Origin: Janthinobacterium lividum | GTDB lineage: Bacteria > Acidobacteriota > Terriglobia > Terriglobales > Acidobacteriaceae | Reading direction: 5' to 3' | Length of the DNA stretch: 64,000 nucleotides | Assembly (NCBI GenBank): GCA_050954745.1 | Contig: JBPBQP010000055.1 | Coordinates: 470-64,469 of the forward strand | Shown here: positions 26,298-35,883 of the stretch, piece after piece | Layout of the letters: each line of letters begins with the position of its first letter | Numbering within the stretch: position 1 is the stretch's first letter | The notes under the pieces: model-generated | The model's input: the letters and a program-made list of their open reading frames with translations, nothing else | What the model was told of the DNA's origin: nothing | The model's database searches: none | Made by a program: the position numbers and the translations under genes

Positions 26298-28658
26298 TTA
26301 CTGCGGCTGAACCACTTCCACAATGGCTGCATCTGCCGCGCTCCATGCCGCTGCACCAGTATGTGACAGCTTTCGGCCAGACTCATCCCAGCTTAGTTCG
26401 GTAAGGTCGTGCTTGCCCTGTTCATACGCGTACGTCGTACCGTCGTCCGAATACAGCGTGAAGTGCGCGTCGGCTCCGGGATAGACACGAACCCTGTCGA
26501 TGCGCTGCACTTGATTGGTGCTCTCAATGGGCGCGCCCAGAGGCAAAATTGAGCCTGCTCGAACAAAGACAGGAATGGTCTCGATGGGTGACGGAACTGT
26601 AATTCGCTGCCCCCCGGAGAACTTTTTGTTCGTCCAGAAGTCGAACCAATCCGAGCCGGCCGGTAGATAAACAGAATGGGTTGTCGCACCCTGATCGGTT
26701 ACGGGCGCAACCAGCAGGGCTGGGCCGAACATGTATTCATCCCCAAGGTCGGCTACCTTCGGATCCTTGGGGAAATCCAGAAACAGACCGCGCATAAACG
26801 GCGCACCTGTCTGATGAACCTGCCATCCCAGCGAGTAGAGGTACGGCATGAGTTGGTAGCGCAGTTTCAGATACTTGATCAGGATCGGTTCGGCCTGTTT
26901 GCCATAGCTCCAGACCTCATTCTGAGGCCGTGTTCCATGCGACCGGAAGTTCGGCTGAAACGCACCATACTCAAACCAGCGCGTGTAGAGCTCGGGATAG
27001 TCGTCATACTGACCTACGTTGTCGCGCGCGTCGCTGGCATCCAGCAACGCGGGGTGTTCTGGCTTGTGAGCGTACGGCAGCGCCTGCCATCCGCCGATGT
27101 CGGTTGACCAGTAAGGCATGCCGGATGCGGTGAAGTTGATGCCGGTTGGCACCTGGCGCTTTAACGTGTCCCAGTTGGGGCTAATGTCAGACGACCAGAA
27201 GATAGCCCCATTATGCTGAGCACCAAGATAACTGTCGCGAGACAGAATCAGCGCGCGCTGGTGCATGTCTGCACGCATACCGTTATAGAAGGCGGCCGTG
27301 TGAAACAGCGGATAGACGTTGAAGAACTGGCTCCCAGGACCCACCTTGAAGTACGAACCATTCGGCGGAATATCGGGTTCTGTTTCATCGGCCCAGAAGG
27401 CGTCGAGACCCTTGGCAACGTAGTTTTCCTTGACGATGTTCCAGTACCACTTCGCGGCGTCCGGGTTGGTCGTGTCGATGTCTGACCCCGCCTTGTCATA
27501 CGGCAGTCCGGTCGTCGGCGTGCCATCTGCCAGGTGCTCCAGCCAGCCCTTGCTTTGAAGCATGTCAAAGTAGCGGCTGCCCGGGGTGAAGCGCGGCCAG
27601 ACGCTGATCATGACGTGAAAGTTCATGGCATGCAGCTGCTTCAACATGCCCACAGGATCGGGCCAGGCCGCGGGGTCCATGTCCATCTGGCCCATCCGGG
27701 TGTAAGTAAACCAGTCAACAACGAGGTCATCGATCGGCAACTTGCGTTCGCGATAACCCTTTGCCACCGCCAGTAGCTCGGCCTGCGTGCGGTAGCGCTG
27801 CTTGGATTGGAGGTAGCCATAAGCGCTTTTCGGCAGCATGGGAACATCACCTGTCAGCTGCCGGAAGCCGCGATAGATGGCGTCATAATCCCCCGCGATG
27901 ACAAAGAAGCTGACGCGTTGGCCTACCTGGCTTTTGAAGGAATTCTGATGATTGAAGCCAAGGGCCACCGTCGTCTTGGACGGATTATCCCAGATCAGGC
28001 CGTAGCCTTGATTCGTAACCAGGAATGGAACGCAGACACTCTGACCGGAGGGTGCGTCGTAATCGTGCGCGCAGTCTATGACGTGGCCGCGCCGATCCAG
28101 AAAACCCTGCTGATTCTGCCCCAGGCCGTAGTCATGCTCGTCGTCAGCTGCGGCAAAGCTGGCACCCACCGTGAAGAAGGGAGGATCTGACGGCCGACGG
28201 TCCAATTCAATATCGTGGGTGCCGTCTTTATAGTTCGGCACGGCCATCTGCCAGCCGTTCATATGCAGCACCGGCTTACCGTCTGCAGCAGCGATGTCGA
28301 GCCCAATATAAGGTGTCGATCCGCCGAAGAACTTTGCCGTTTCCGGCTGAGGGCCGGCAGTCTTCGGTTGTGGTGCGACTGTGACGCGCAGCACGTTGGA
28401 TTGCAGCACGTCGCCTGCGCTGCCTGCCTTGCTGGACCAGCCGGTTGCATTGGCTTGCGCCGTGATGCCGTAGCCCGGCACTGCCAGGGCATCCTGGCTG
28501 CGCAGGCTGAGGCTAACGCGGACGATGTTGGGTGCATACGGCTCAATGAACACGGTGGCACCGCCACGATCGGTGCTGATGGTTGCCTTCTGGGCAGGGG
28601 CGGTCAGCATCGCCGAAGTCGAAGACAAAAAGAGTGCGACAAGCCAGGCGTATTTCAT
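26298..28658 (-). CDS. Secreted glycoside hydrolase family 31 (alpha-xylosidase/alpha-glucosidase type)
   Basis: ORF 26298..28748 trimmed to ATG 28658 (MKYAWLVALFLSSTSAMLTAPA signal peptide). Catalytic-region motifs GLDAFWADETEPD and AIFWSSDISPNW match the GH31 nucleophile and acid/base regions. Confidence 0.85.
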   Translation of the reverse strand: MKYAWLVALFLSSTSAMLTAPAQKATISTDRGGATVFIEPYAPNIVRVSLSLRSQDALAVPGYGITAQANATGWSSKAGSAGDVLQSNVLRVTVAPQPKTAGPQPETAKFFGGSTPYIGLDIAAADGKPVLHMNGWQMAVPNYKDGTHDIELDRRPSDPPFFTVGASFAAADDEHDYGLGQNQQGFLDRRGHVIDCAHDYDAPSGQSVCVPFLVTNQGYGLIWDNPSKTTVALGFNHQNSFKSQVGQRVSFFVIAGDYDAIYRGFRQLTGDVPMLPKSAYGYLQSKQRYRTQAELLAVAKGYRERKLPIDDLVVDWFTYTRMGQMDMDPAAWPDPVGMLKQLHAMNFHVMISVWPRFTPGSRYFDMLQSKGWLEHLADGTPTTGLPYDKAGSDIDTTNPDAAKWYWNIVKENYVAKGLDAFWADETEPDIPPNGSYFKVGPGSQFFNVYPLFHTAAFYNGMRADMHQRALILSRDSYLGAQHNGAIFWSSDISPNWDTLKRQVPTGINFTASGMPYWSTDIGGWQALPYAHKPEHPALLDASDARDNVGQYDDYPELYTRWFEYGAFQPNFRSHGTRPQNEVWSYGKQAEPILIKYLKLRYQLMPYLYSLGWQVHQTGAPFMRGLFLDFPKDPKVADLGDEYMFGPALLVAPVTDQGATTHSVYLPAGSDWFDFWTNKKFSGGQRITVPSPIETIPVFVRAGSILPLGAPIESTNQVQRIDRVRVYPGADAHFTLYSDDGTTYAYEQGKHDLTELSWDESGRKLSHTGAAAWSAADAAIVEVVQPQ

Positions 28659-28912
28659 AAGGCGCAGAACTCCTAAACGACGCCTGCTGTCCTCATAATG
28701 GGAGGGCCAAATCGGTTCGTCGTCGTCCTTTAAGCTAAAGCCTGTCATAACCTCCCGTCATCTTGTACGCGGGCGTTCAGAAGCGTTTGGACGTCGCCGC
28801 AAGGGTACAAAGTTCCCACAAGCTATCGAAATGACCTGTTTTGAGAAGGTGATCTTCTGCCATTTTGCCGATAAAGGTGACAGGAGAGCACTCATGCGAG
28901 TACCTTTCGCAA

Positions 28913-29098
28913 ATGCAAAAAACGATGGTCTTTTCCACGCACAAATCGTTCCCAGTCCCCGCCGTCTTCCCGGGCCGGGCAGCTGTTGAAAAAACGTCTC
29001 GCACCCCGGTGGTCCGCGGCATCGCGATCGGCTTCGTCATTGAAGCGATTGCCGTACTGGCAGTGTGGGGCGGCGTACACCTTTACCACACCCTGTAG
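28913..29098 (+). CDS. Possible small membrane protein (about 61 aa)
   Basis: In-frame ATG within ORF 28865..29098. High GC3 and a convincing C-terminal TM helix (RGIAIGFVIEAIAVLAVWGGVHLY). No clear RBS and no family recognised. Confidence 0.3.
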   Translation: MQKTMVFSTHKSFPVPAVFPGRAAVEKTSRTPVVRGIAIGFVIEAIAVLAVWGGVHLYHTL

Positions 29099-29521
29099 GA
29101 TCGTTTCCTGCAGGGCGGTGGGCTGTCCGGCTGTGTAGCCGTCGCCCATGCTCAAGGCAGAAGGAGCAGGTTATGCTGTGGCCGCAGAGGTAAGGCCGCA
29201 CTGGTTTGCTGGCGATGACTTTACGTACGGGTGCTGCGTAGGATAGCCGCACCCAAAGCACCCGAAGGGAACTTCCCCCTCCACATTCGATAGTTCTTGC
29301 TCATCCACCCGTAAGACCTCTTACCTGACGCCGGGTTCCTACCTGGCATCGATGCTCGTTGTGCCCGCCATGGCACCTGCTGCATACATCGGCATGTCCT
29401 TGGGCAATCCAGAAGGGCTTGCAGGCCCCAGCACGCCGCTGCGGAGTAGCATAACGGTATGGCGGTGACAGCACCCAATCGCAGCAGTTTTGAAAGCACG
29501 CTTCGTTCTGCGAAGACAACC

Positions 29522-30730
29522 ATGGTCTTTTCTGAGACCCTGAGCCTCGCGATGGACAGCTTTCGCGCCAGCAAGGTTCGTTTCCTGCTGACCATGCTGG
29601 GCATGATCATCGGTTCTGCATCGATTGTGCTGGTCGTCACCGTGGGTCTCACCGGTCGGCAATACGCGCTGAACACGCTCAGCAGCATCGGCCCGAATAT
29701 GGTGGAGATGCAGTACAGCGGCGGCACCACCAGCGGCCCTGACAATGCGTCAACGCCCGACTACATGACCAAGGAAGATGAGAGCGCGATCAACCAGCAG
29801 GTGCCTGGTATCGCCTTCAGTTCGCCCATGCTGGAGTTTCATGCACCTGTCAGCATCGGCAACGGTCGCACCAAGGATGTGCAGTTGCTGGGCGTTTCCC
29901 CACGCTATAAGGATGTGCGCAACCTTGCCGTGGTCAGCGGGCGATTTTTCGACGATCAGGACACGCTGGCGCACGAAAAAGTCGGCATGATCGTGGAGGC
30001 GCTGGCCAAGGAACTCTTCGGGTCAGACGATGCCGCGGTGGGCAAAGTATTGAGCCTGAACGGTATTCCCGTCGAAATTATTGGAACATTCAAGCTTAGA
30101 GTTGACCTCTTCGGCCAGTCGGAGATCAGCGACCAGACCGTATTGCTGCCGTATCCCGTGGCCCGTTACTTCACGGGAACGGACACGGAGAAGGAAATCT
30201 TCTTCACCATGCGAAACCCGGAAGACGTACCATACGCGGCGGCGCGCATTCTGGAGCTGATTCGGTCCAGGCATCGCAAGACCAGCAGCTACAACGCATT
30301 TACGATGGTCGCCATTCTAGACACAATGAACAAGGTGGCGCTGGAACTGACGTACGTGCTAATTGCCGCGGCGTTCATCACGCTGGTGGTGTCTGGTGTC
30401 GGCATCATGAACAGCATGCTGGCGAATGTGACGGCGCGCATCCGCGAGATTGGCATCCGCAAGGCGCTTGGGGCGACTAAGCGTGAAATCCGGCTTCAGT
30501 TTCTGACGGAAGCGGTCTTTCTTTCGCTTTGTGGCGGGGTGGTTGGAACATTGCTTGGGCTTGCGGTGCCCATCAGCATCAACCTGCTGACGGACATTCA
30601 CATCCCTACGTCCGGGCTTTCGGCTATTATCGCGCTGCTAACCAGCGTGCTGGTCGGCGTGATTTTTGGAACTCTGCCCGCGAATCGCGCTGCCGCGCTT
30701 GATCCCGTGGAAACGCTTAAATATGAGTAG
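29522..30730 (+). CDS. MacB/FtsX-type ABC transporter permease (no ATPase partner in the window)
   Basis: ORF 29459..30730 trimmed to ATG 29522 (MVFSETLSLAMDSFRASKVRFLLTMLGMIIGSASIV). It has a large periplasmic domain, and the C-terminal REIGIRKALGATKREIRLQFLTEAVFLSLCGGVVG is the FtsX signature. Confidence 0.85.
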   Translation: MVFSETLSLAMDSFRASKVRFLLTMLGMIIGSASIVLVVTVGLTGRQYALNTLSSIGPNMVEMQYSGGTTSGPDNASTPDYMTKEDESAINQQVPGIAFSSPMLEFHAPVSIGNGRTKDVQLLGVSPRYKDVRNLAVVSGRFFDDQDTLAHEKVGMIVEALAKELFGSDDAAVGKVLSLNGIPVEIIGTFKLRVDLFGQSEISDQTVLLPYPVARYFTGTDTEKEIFFTMRNPEDVPYAAARILELIRSRHRKTSSYNAFTMVAILDTMNKVALELTYVLIAAAFITLVVSGVGIMNSMLANVTARIREIGIRKALGATKREIRLQFLTEAVFLSLCGGVVGTLLGLAVPISINLLTDIHIPTSGLSAIIALLTSVLVGVIFGTLPANRAAALDPVETLKYE

Positions 30731-30762
30731 CGCAGGACAGTTCGGGTGTTCTGAACCGTCCA

Positions 30763-31005
30763 TTACATAAACAGGGCGATCTGTTCCAACTCCGCGTGCA
30801 TGCAAGCAAGATTGCAGTGGAAAGAGTCGATGCGGGTTACAACGCTTCTCGCGCCCTCGCTGGATACGCCGTAGCCTCTGGCGCTCAGAAAACTGCTGAC
30901 CAGCTCTGCCGCTTGCCAGCTATCCAACCCGGATTGCAGCAGTTCCATGCGGAGCGAGGCGACATCTTCCGAGGTGAACTTTGCGTCGATCGGCATTACA
31001 TCCAT
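30763..31005 (-). CDS. Hypothetical small protein (80 aa)
   Basis: ORF 30763..31155 trimmed to ATG 31005 (GGGAG 7 nt upstream). Acidic helical protein. No family recognised. Confidence 0.45.
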   Translation of the reverse strand: MDVMPIDAKFTSEDVASLRMELLQSGLDSWQAAELVSSFLSARGYGVSSEGARSVVTRIDSFHCNLACMHAELEQIALFM

Positions 31006-31145
31006 GTCGCAACTCCCTATTGACTTTTTAGACGTCGTGAGTCTATGCAGGTTGCCGGACACGAGATCATTCTGCGCGTTTATCGAAAGTAGGCTGGGGT
31101 GAAACGACCCAAAGTGGGCGTCTGCATCCCTGTATCCTTGAAGGG

Positions 31146-32066
31146 ATGAGCGCACGTGTACTCGACGGACTGGCCATTGCGGCCCGTATCAAGGCAGAAG
31201 TCAAAGAGCAACTAGGCAACATGGCGGCGGATGGGCTCAAGCCTGGTCTGGCTGTGGTTTTGATTGGCGACGATCCGGCTTCGGCTATTTACGTTCGCAA
31301 TAAGGTGAAGACCTGCGAAGAACTAGGTATTCGCAGTGTTTTGTTGCGACCAGACCCGGCACTCACCACGGCCGATCTGCTGCACATTGTTCAAGGCCTG
31401 AACGAACGGGACGACATCGACGGCATCCTGGTGCAGCTGCCGCTGCCAAGGCAGATCGATGCCAAGCAGGTGCTCGAGGCCATTGTCCCTGAGAAGGATG
31501 TCGACGGCTTTCACCCCATGAACGTGGGTCGACTGTACACCGGGCAGGACTGCCTGACGCCGTGTACCCCGACCGGTGTGCTCGAAATTCTGCGACGCAG
31601 CGACATTCCTACCGAGGGTGTAGAAGCTGTTGTAGTGGGGCGCAGCGACATCGTCGGCAAGCCCACGGCAGGCATGCTGCTGCGAGCGAATGCCACGGTC
31701 ACCACCTGCCACATTCACACGGTGAACCTTGCAAAACACACGCGCGAAGCTGACATCCTGGTGGTGGCTGTGGGTAGACCCGGCCTGATCACGCCAGACA
31801 TGGTGAAGCCGGGCGCGGTACTGATCGACGTGGGCATCAACCGCATTACGACGGCTGAGGAAGTGGAGAGCTTCTTTCCAGGCGACGCAGAAAGGGCGGC
31901 CACTTTTGCGAAGCGTGGGTCAGTGGTCATGGGCGATATTGATCCGGCAGCGTACGCCGTGGCCGGAGCTTACACGCCAGTACCCGGCGGGGTGGGCGCG
32001 CTTACCATCGCCATGCTGATGCACAACACTGCCAAGGCCGCCCGGCTGCGGCGTCGGCTACGGTAG
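31146..32066 (+). CDS. folD: Bifunctional methylenetetrahydrofolate dehydrogenase/methenyl-THF cyclohydrolase
   Basis: 306 aa. LDGLAIAARIKAEV..., PGLAVVLIGDDPASAIYVRNKVK, DGILVQLPLP and VVVGRSDIVGKP are classic FolD motifs. Confidence 0.95.
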   Translation: MSARVLDGLAIAARIKAEVKEQLGNMAADGLKPGLAVVLIGDDPASAIYVRNKVKTCEELGIRSVLLRPDPALTTADLLHIVQGLNERDDIDGILVQLPLPRQIDAKQVLEAIVPEKDVDGFHPMNVGRLYTGQDCLTPCTPTGVLEILRRSDIPTEGVEAVVVGRSDIVGKPTAGMLLRANATVTTCHIHTVNLAKHTREADILVVAVGRPGLITPDMVKPGAVLIDVGINRITTAEEVESFFPGDAERAATFAKRGSVVMGDIDPAAYAVAGAYTPVPGGVGALTIAMLMHNTAKAARLRRRLR

Positions 32067-32071
32067 CCTGC

Positions 32072-32755
32072 ATGTTGCGTGTCGCCCTGACGGGTGGTGT
32101 GGGCAGCGGAAAGTCTGCGGCAGCAGCCATGTTGCGCGCGCTGGGTGCGCAGGTCTCCCACTCGGACGAGGTGGGCCGGGCGCTGATGCAGCCGGGCCAA
32201 CCGGTGTTCGCTGGCATCCGGGAACACTTCGGTCCTGCCGTGCTGCAGGCGAATGGGGAACTGGACCGTGCTGCTTTAGCTTCGATTGCGTTCGCACAGG
32301 GCCGCGTGGAAGAGCTGAATGCGATCGTCCATCCGGCAGTCATCGCAGCCCAGGCGCAGTGGATGGAGCGGGTCCGTGCGGACGATCCGTCCGCGGTGGC
32401 CATCGTGGAATCTGCACTGATTTTTGAGACAAGGCACGGCGACAGTGTGTCAGGGCAAGCGTCGGCGCCGTGGCGCAGCCGCTTCGACCGGATCGTAGTG
32501 ATTACGGCTCCGGTAGAATTGCGCCGTCGCCGGTACGTGGAGCGGGTTCTGCAGAGTGCGGGCCGTGACGCCGCGGCGGCATCGGCTGACTTCGATCAAC
32601 GTGCCGCGGCACAATGGACCGACAAACGAAAAGCTGCGCTGGCCGACACCGTGATTCGAAACGATGGCAGCCTGCAGGATCTTCAGCATCATATGGCGCA
32701 CCTCTATCAGACACTTCGCCAGGAAGCGGCAGATGACGCAACGGAAGCGATGTAG
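32072..32755 (+). CDS. coaE: Dephospho-CoA kinase
   Basis: N-terminal P-loop VALTGGVGSGKSAAA and CoaE-like layout, with a C-terminal extension of about 30 aa. Confidence 0.85.
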   Translation: MLRVALTGGVGSGKSAAAAMLRALGAQVSHSDEVGRALMQPGQPVFAGIREHFGPAVLQANGELDRAALASIAFAQGRVEELNAIVHPAVIAAQAQWMERVRADDPSAVAIVESALIFETRHGDSVSGQASAPWRSRFDRIVVITAPVELRRRRYVERVLQSAGRDAAAASADFDQRAAAQWTDKRKAALADTVIRNDGSLQDLQHHMAHLYQTLRQEAADDATEAM

Positions 32756-32821
32756 CGTGGCGCGTCTAAAATCAGGGACGGGACCGATGGCAGACGCTCG
32801 GGACACCCGGAGGTGCGGGGT

Positions 32822-34024
32822 ATGAAGTTTCGCAGGGTTTTGCTGGTCGTTCTGCTGGTGGGTAGCTTCTACTACCTGACGCAGCACCTATGGCCTGCGG
32901 GTGCCATGGCCGCGCTGGTCAATCGCTACGCTCCCGCATCGACCGATCGCGCTACGCTGGTACATACCAGCGGCCCCATGGGCGTGTTCGACCTGAACGT
33001 TGCGAACGCAGAGCCAGCTTTTGACGCGGAAGAGCAGAACAACATCGCCGTCTACAAGCGGCTCACGCCCAGCGTGGTCAACATTACGACCACTACCGTC
33101 GCGTTCGACTTCTTCTACGGCGCGGTGCCGTCGCAGGGGCAGGGGTCCGGCTTCATCCTGGATAAGCAGGGCCACGTGCTGACGAACAACCACGTCATTG
33201 GCGAGAACGCGCAGAGTGTCGAAGTCCAGCTCTCTGACAAGCACAAGTACAAGGCCAGGGTGATCGGCGTCGACAAGATGCATGACCTTGCGCTGCTGCA
33301 GATCAATGCGCCCAACCTGCAGCCAGTGGAACTGGCTGACTCCAGAACGCTGATGGTCGGTCAGAAGGTTTTCGCCATCGGCAACCCGTTTGGCCTGTCC
33401 GGCACCATGACGCGCGGCATCATCTCGGCCATTCGCAGCGTGCGCGGACCCAGCGGCAACCCGATCGACAACGCCATTCAGACGGACGCAGCCATCAACC
33501 CAGGCAACAGCGGCGGCCCCTTGATGAACTCGCGCGGGCAGGTCATCGGCATCAACACCATGATTGCGACAAACGGCGGCGCAGATCAGAGTGCCGGCAT
33601 CGGCTTCGCCATCCCCATCGCAACGGCGCGTGCCGTGCTGGACGATTTTTCAAAGTACGGCCATGTGCGCCGTCCGTCCCTGGCGATTATGCCGCTTGAA
33701 ATCGGCCCGGATCTGGCGGGTGAACTTGGCCTACCAAGCGATTACGGGGTGCTGGTACAGCGCGTAATTCCGGGCGGTGCGGCAGACCGTGCTGGCCTGA
33801 AGGGTGGCACACAGCGCGCGGCCATGGGCAACACGCCGGTTATGCTGGGCGGTGACTTCATCGTCGCCATTGACGGGCAGGAGATCACCAGCGCGCAGGA
33901 CATCAGCGCAGTGATGAACTCACATAAAACGGGCGACATGGTGACGGTGACGATCTTTCGCGGTCGGCGCCGGTCTGACGTGAAGGTCACGCTGGGTGAA
34001 GCGAATAGCGACACGCAGGTTTAG
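32822..34024 (+). CDS. HtrA/DegP-family serine protease (S1C) with one PDZ domain
   Basis: ATG 32822 is preferred over GTG 32813 because GGAGG lies 10 nt upstream. N-terminal TM anchor. Triad motifs TNNHVI, DLALLQI and GNSGGPL, plus a C-terminal PDZ (GVLVQRVIPGGAADRAGLKGG). Confidence 0.9.
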   Translation: MKFRRVLLVVLLVGSFYYLTQHLWPAGAMAALVNRYAPASTDRATLVHTSGPMGVFDLNVANAEPAFDAEEQNNIAVYKRLTPSVVNITTTTVAFDFFYGAVPSQGQGSGFILDKQGHVLTNNHVIGENAQSVEVQLSDKHKYKARVIGVDKMHDLALLQINAPNLQPVELADSRTLMVGQKVFAIGNPFGLSGTMTRGIISAIRSVRGPSGNPIDNAIQTDAAINPGNSGGPLMNSRGQVIGINTMIATNGGADQSAGIGFAIPIATARAVLDDFSKYGHVRRPSLAIMPLEIGPDLAGELGLPSDYGVLVQRVIPGGAADRAGLKGGTQRAAMGNTPVMLGGDFIVAIDGQEITSAQDISAVMNSHKTGDMVTVTIFRGRRRSDVKVTLGEANSDTQV

Positions 34025-34075
34025 CGGCTGCTCCCGGGCGGATCGAGAACTCCGGCGGACCGGTGATGGGAGCCG

Positions 34076-34705
34076 TCATCCGTTTCCGGAGTTCTGTAGT
34101 ACGTATCTACGACCTTCCACCTGGTAGCGGCCGCTGAGCACGCGCGCGATGCCCTCGGCGTACGCAACGTGTTCCTGCACAAGGATCCGACCAGACAAAG
34201 ATTCGGCGGTATCGCCGTCTTCAATGGGTACGGTGCGCTGCAGCACGATGACGCCATGGTCCACAGCTTCATCCACAAAATGCACGGTACAGCCGGCGAA
34301 CTGCGCGCCGTAGTCCAGGGCCTGTTGCTGCGCGTGCAGCCCCGGAAATGAAGGCAGCAGGGAAGGGTGAATGTTCAGCACTCTGTCCGGAAAGGCACGC
34401 ACAAAGTCCGGTGTCAGGACGCGCATGTAACCAGCCAGAATGACGTAATCGACCCGGTGTTGCTGAAGCGCGGCGATCATCCTGGCGTCATGTTCGGCGC
34501 GTGGACTGCCCTTGCTGGCAAACGCTGCAGTGGGCACGCCGATGGCCTCGGCAGCCGCGAGGCCCGGCGCATCCAGCACATTAGAAATGACAACGGCGAT
34601 CTCGCAGCCGCTGAGAGCACCCGTCCGAATCGCTTCCGCAATCGCCAGGAAGTTCGATCCGCGGCCTGACAGCAGGACGCCAAGACGCTTCGGAGCAGCC
34701 GTCAT
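34076..34705 (-). CDS. purN: Phosphoribosylglycinamide formyltransferase
   Basis: LGVLLSGRGSNF, NIHPSLLPSFPG and HFVDEAVDHG are PurN motifs. There is a 4-nt overlap with purM. Confidence 0.95.
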   Translation of the reverse strand: MTAAPKRLGVLLSGRGSNFLAIAEAIRTGALSGCEIAVVISNVLDAPGLAAAEAIGVPTAAFASKGSPRAEHDARMIAALQQHRVDYVILAGYMRVLTPDFVRAFPDRVLNIHPSLLPSFPGLHAQQQALDYGAQFAGCTVHFVDEAVDHGVIVLQRTVPIEDGDTAESLSGRILVQEHVAYAEGIARVLSGRYQVEGRRYVLQNSGNG

Positions 34706-35802
34706 ACGTACTGAACGCGACGTTCGCCGCGCGCAATGCGGCCGATGACGCAGTGCCGCTCATTCGCCCGGTTCAGAATGGCCTTAGCCTTCTTTGCCAG
34801 CTCTGCCGGTACCACCACGATCATGCCGATGCCCATGTTGAAGGTGCGCAGCATCTCTTCCTGCTCGACGGAACCCAACTCCTGTAGGTGTTTGAACAGG
34901 GGTGGTGGCTCCCAGGCGCTCAGTTCCACCTGCGCGCACAGGCCTTTTTGCAGGATGCGCGGCAGGTTTTCCGTAATGCCGCCGCCGGTAATGTGCGCCA
35001 TGCCGCTGACCACGCCTGCACTGCAGAGCTTCTTCAGGATGGAGAGATAGCTGCGGTGTTGCCGCATGAGCGCAGCGCCGGTCTTGTCCTTCAGTTCGTT
35101 GACGTAGTGGTCTGGGCCGTACTTCGCCACGTCGAACAGCAGCCTGCGCGCCAGCGAATAGCCATTGGTATGCAGACCATTGGAGGGCAGGCCGAACAGC
35201 ACGTCGCCCGCCTCGATTTTTTCCCCAGTGATGATTGCGTCGCGGTTGACGACACCCACAATGAAGCCAGCAAGGTCGTACTCGCCTTCGGCATAGAAGC
35301 CGGGCATCTGGGCCGTCTCGCCGCCGATGAGCGCGCAACCGTTCGCCTTGCACGCTTCGGAGATGCCTTCGACGACCTTCTCCATCACGCTGCCTTCGAG
35401 CTTGCCGGTGGCCAGGTAGTCCAGAAAGAAGAGTGGCGTTGCGCCCTGCACGGCAATGTCGTTGACGCAGTGGTTCACCAGGTCGCCGCCGACGGTGTGA
35501 TGGATGCCAAGTTCAAAAGCCACCTTCAGCTTGGTGCCGACGCCATCCGCCGACGACACCAGCACCGGGTCGGGATACTTTTGCAGGTCCAGTCCAAAAA
35601 GACCGCCAAAACCGCCGATCTCGCTGAGCACATTCTTGTTGAACGTCTTGCGCGCCAGCATCTTGATGCGCTGTTTGGTGCGATCGCCCTCGGTAATGTC
35701 GACGCCTGCGTCCGCATAGGTCGCTGGCTTGGTGCTGGTTTTGCCAGGGGGAGAAGTGGCGTCTTCGGGGCGTGCGTTCACGAGCGTTCCTTCCAGGTAC
35801 AT
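34702..35802 (-). CDS. purM: Phosphoribosylformylglycinamidine cyclo-ligase (AIR synthetase)
   Basis: [27 protein letters not shown] and GGETAQMPG are PurM motifs. Confidence 0.95.
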   Translation of the reverse strand: MYLEGTLVNARPEDATSPPGKTSTKPATYADAGVDITEGDRTKQRIKMLARKTFNKNVLSEIGGFGGLFGLDLQKYPDPVLVSSADGVGTKLKVAFELGIHHTVGGDLVNHCVNDIAVQGATPLFFLDYLATGKLEGSVMEKVVEGISEACKANGCALIGGETAQMPGFYAEGEYDLAGFIVGVVNRDAIITGEKIEAGDVLFGLPSNGLHTNGYSLARRLLFDVAKYGPDHYVNELKDKTGAALMRQHRSYLSILKKLCSAGVVSGMAHITGGGITENLPRILQKGLCAQVELSAWEPPPLFKHLQELGSVEQEEMLRTFNMGIGMIVVVPAELAKKAKAILNRANERHCVIGRIARGERRVQYV

Positions 35803-35883
35803 GGCTGTTCCGCGAACCTAGAGGATAGCAGGGGCGGTTTGAAGGGCAATAAGAATTTCCTGAGGGAAACCTATACTGGACCT

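Noticed and set aside
29161-29193. Six-codon mini-ORF MLWPQR with an AAGGAG RBS as a regulatory leader peptide
   Set aside because: It lies about 330 nt upstream of the permease start with no obvious alternative terminator/antiterminator pairing. I mention it within the long-intergenic finding but do not call it as a feature.
29371-29385. TGGCACCTGCTGCAT as a sigma-54 promoter for the MacB-type permease
   Set aside because: The -24 half is perfect (TGGCAC), but GG and GC are separated by 8 nt instead of the required 10 nt, so the element does not fit the -24/-12 geometry.
28925-29532. Shared 11-mer ATGGTCTTTTC (both encoding MVFS) at 28925 and 29522, possibly a duplicated 5' gene fragment
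   Set aside because: The similarity stops after 11 nt and the downstream peptides are unrelated, so this is most likely chance.
31021-31145. ZTP (pfl-motif) riboswitch upstream of folD
   Set aside because: folD is a known ZTP-riboswitch target in some phyla. Only a partial UCGUGA match is present here. The conserved GACUGGCG and 3' CCGCCUGGGC elements are absent.
34888-35883. 332-codon N-terminal extension of the hemL ORF (tracked as 34888..37191)
   Set aside because: The extension is antisense to purM and has no HemL similarity. HemL homology begins at ATG 35884 ([11 protein letters not shown]...[10 protein letters not shown]).
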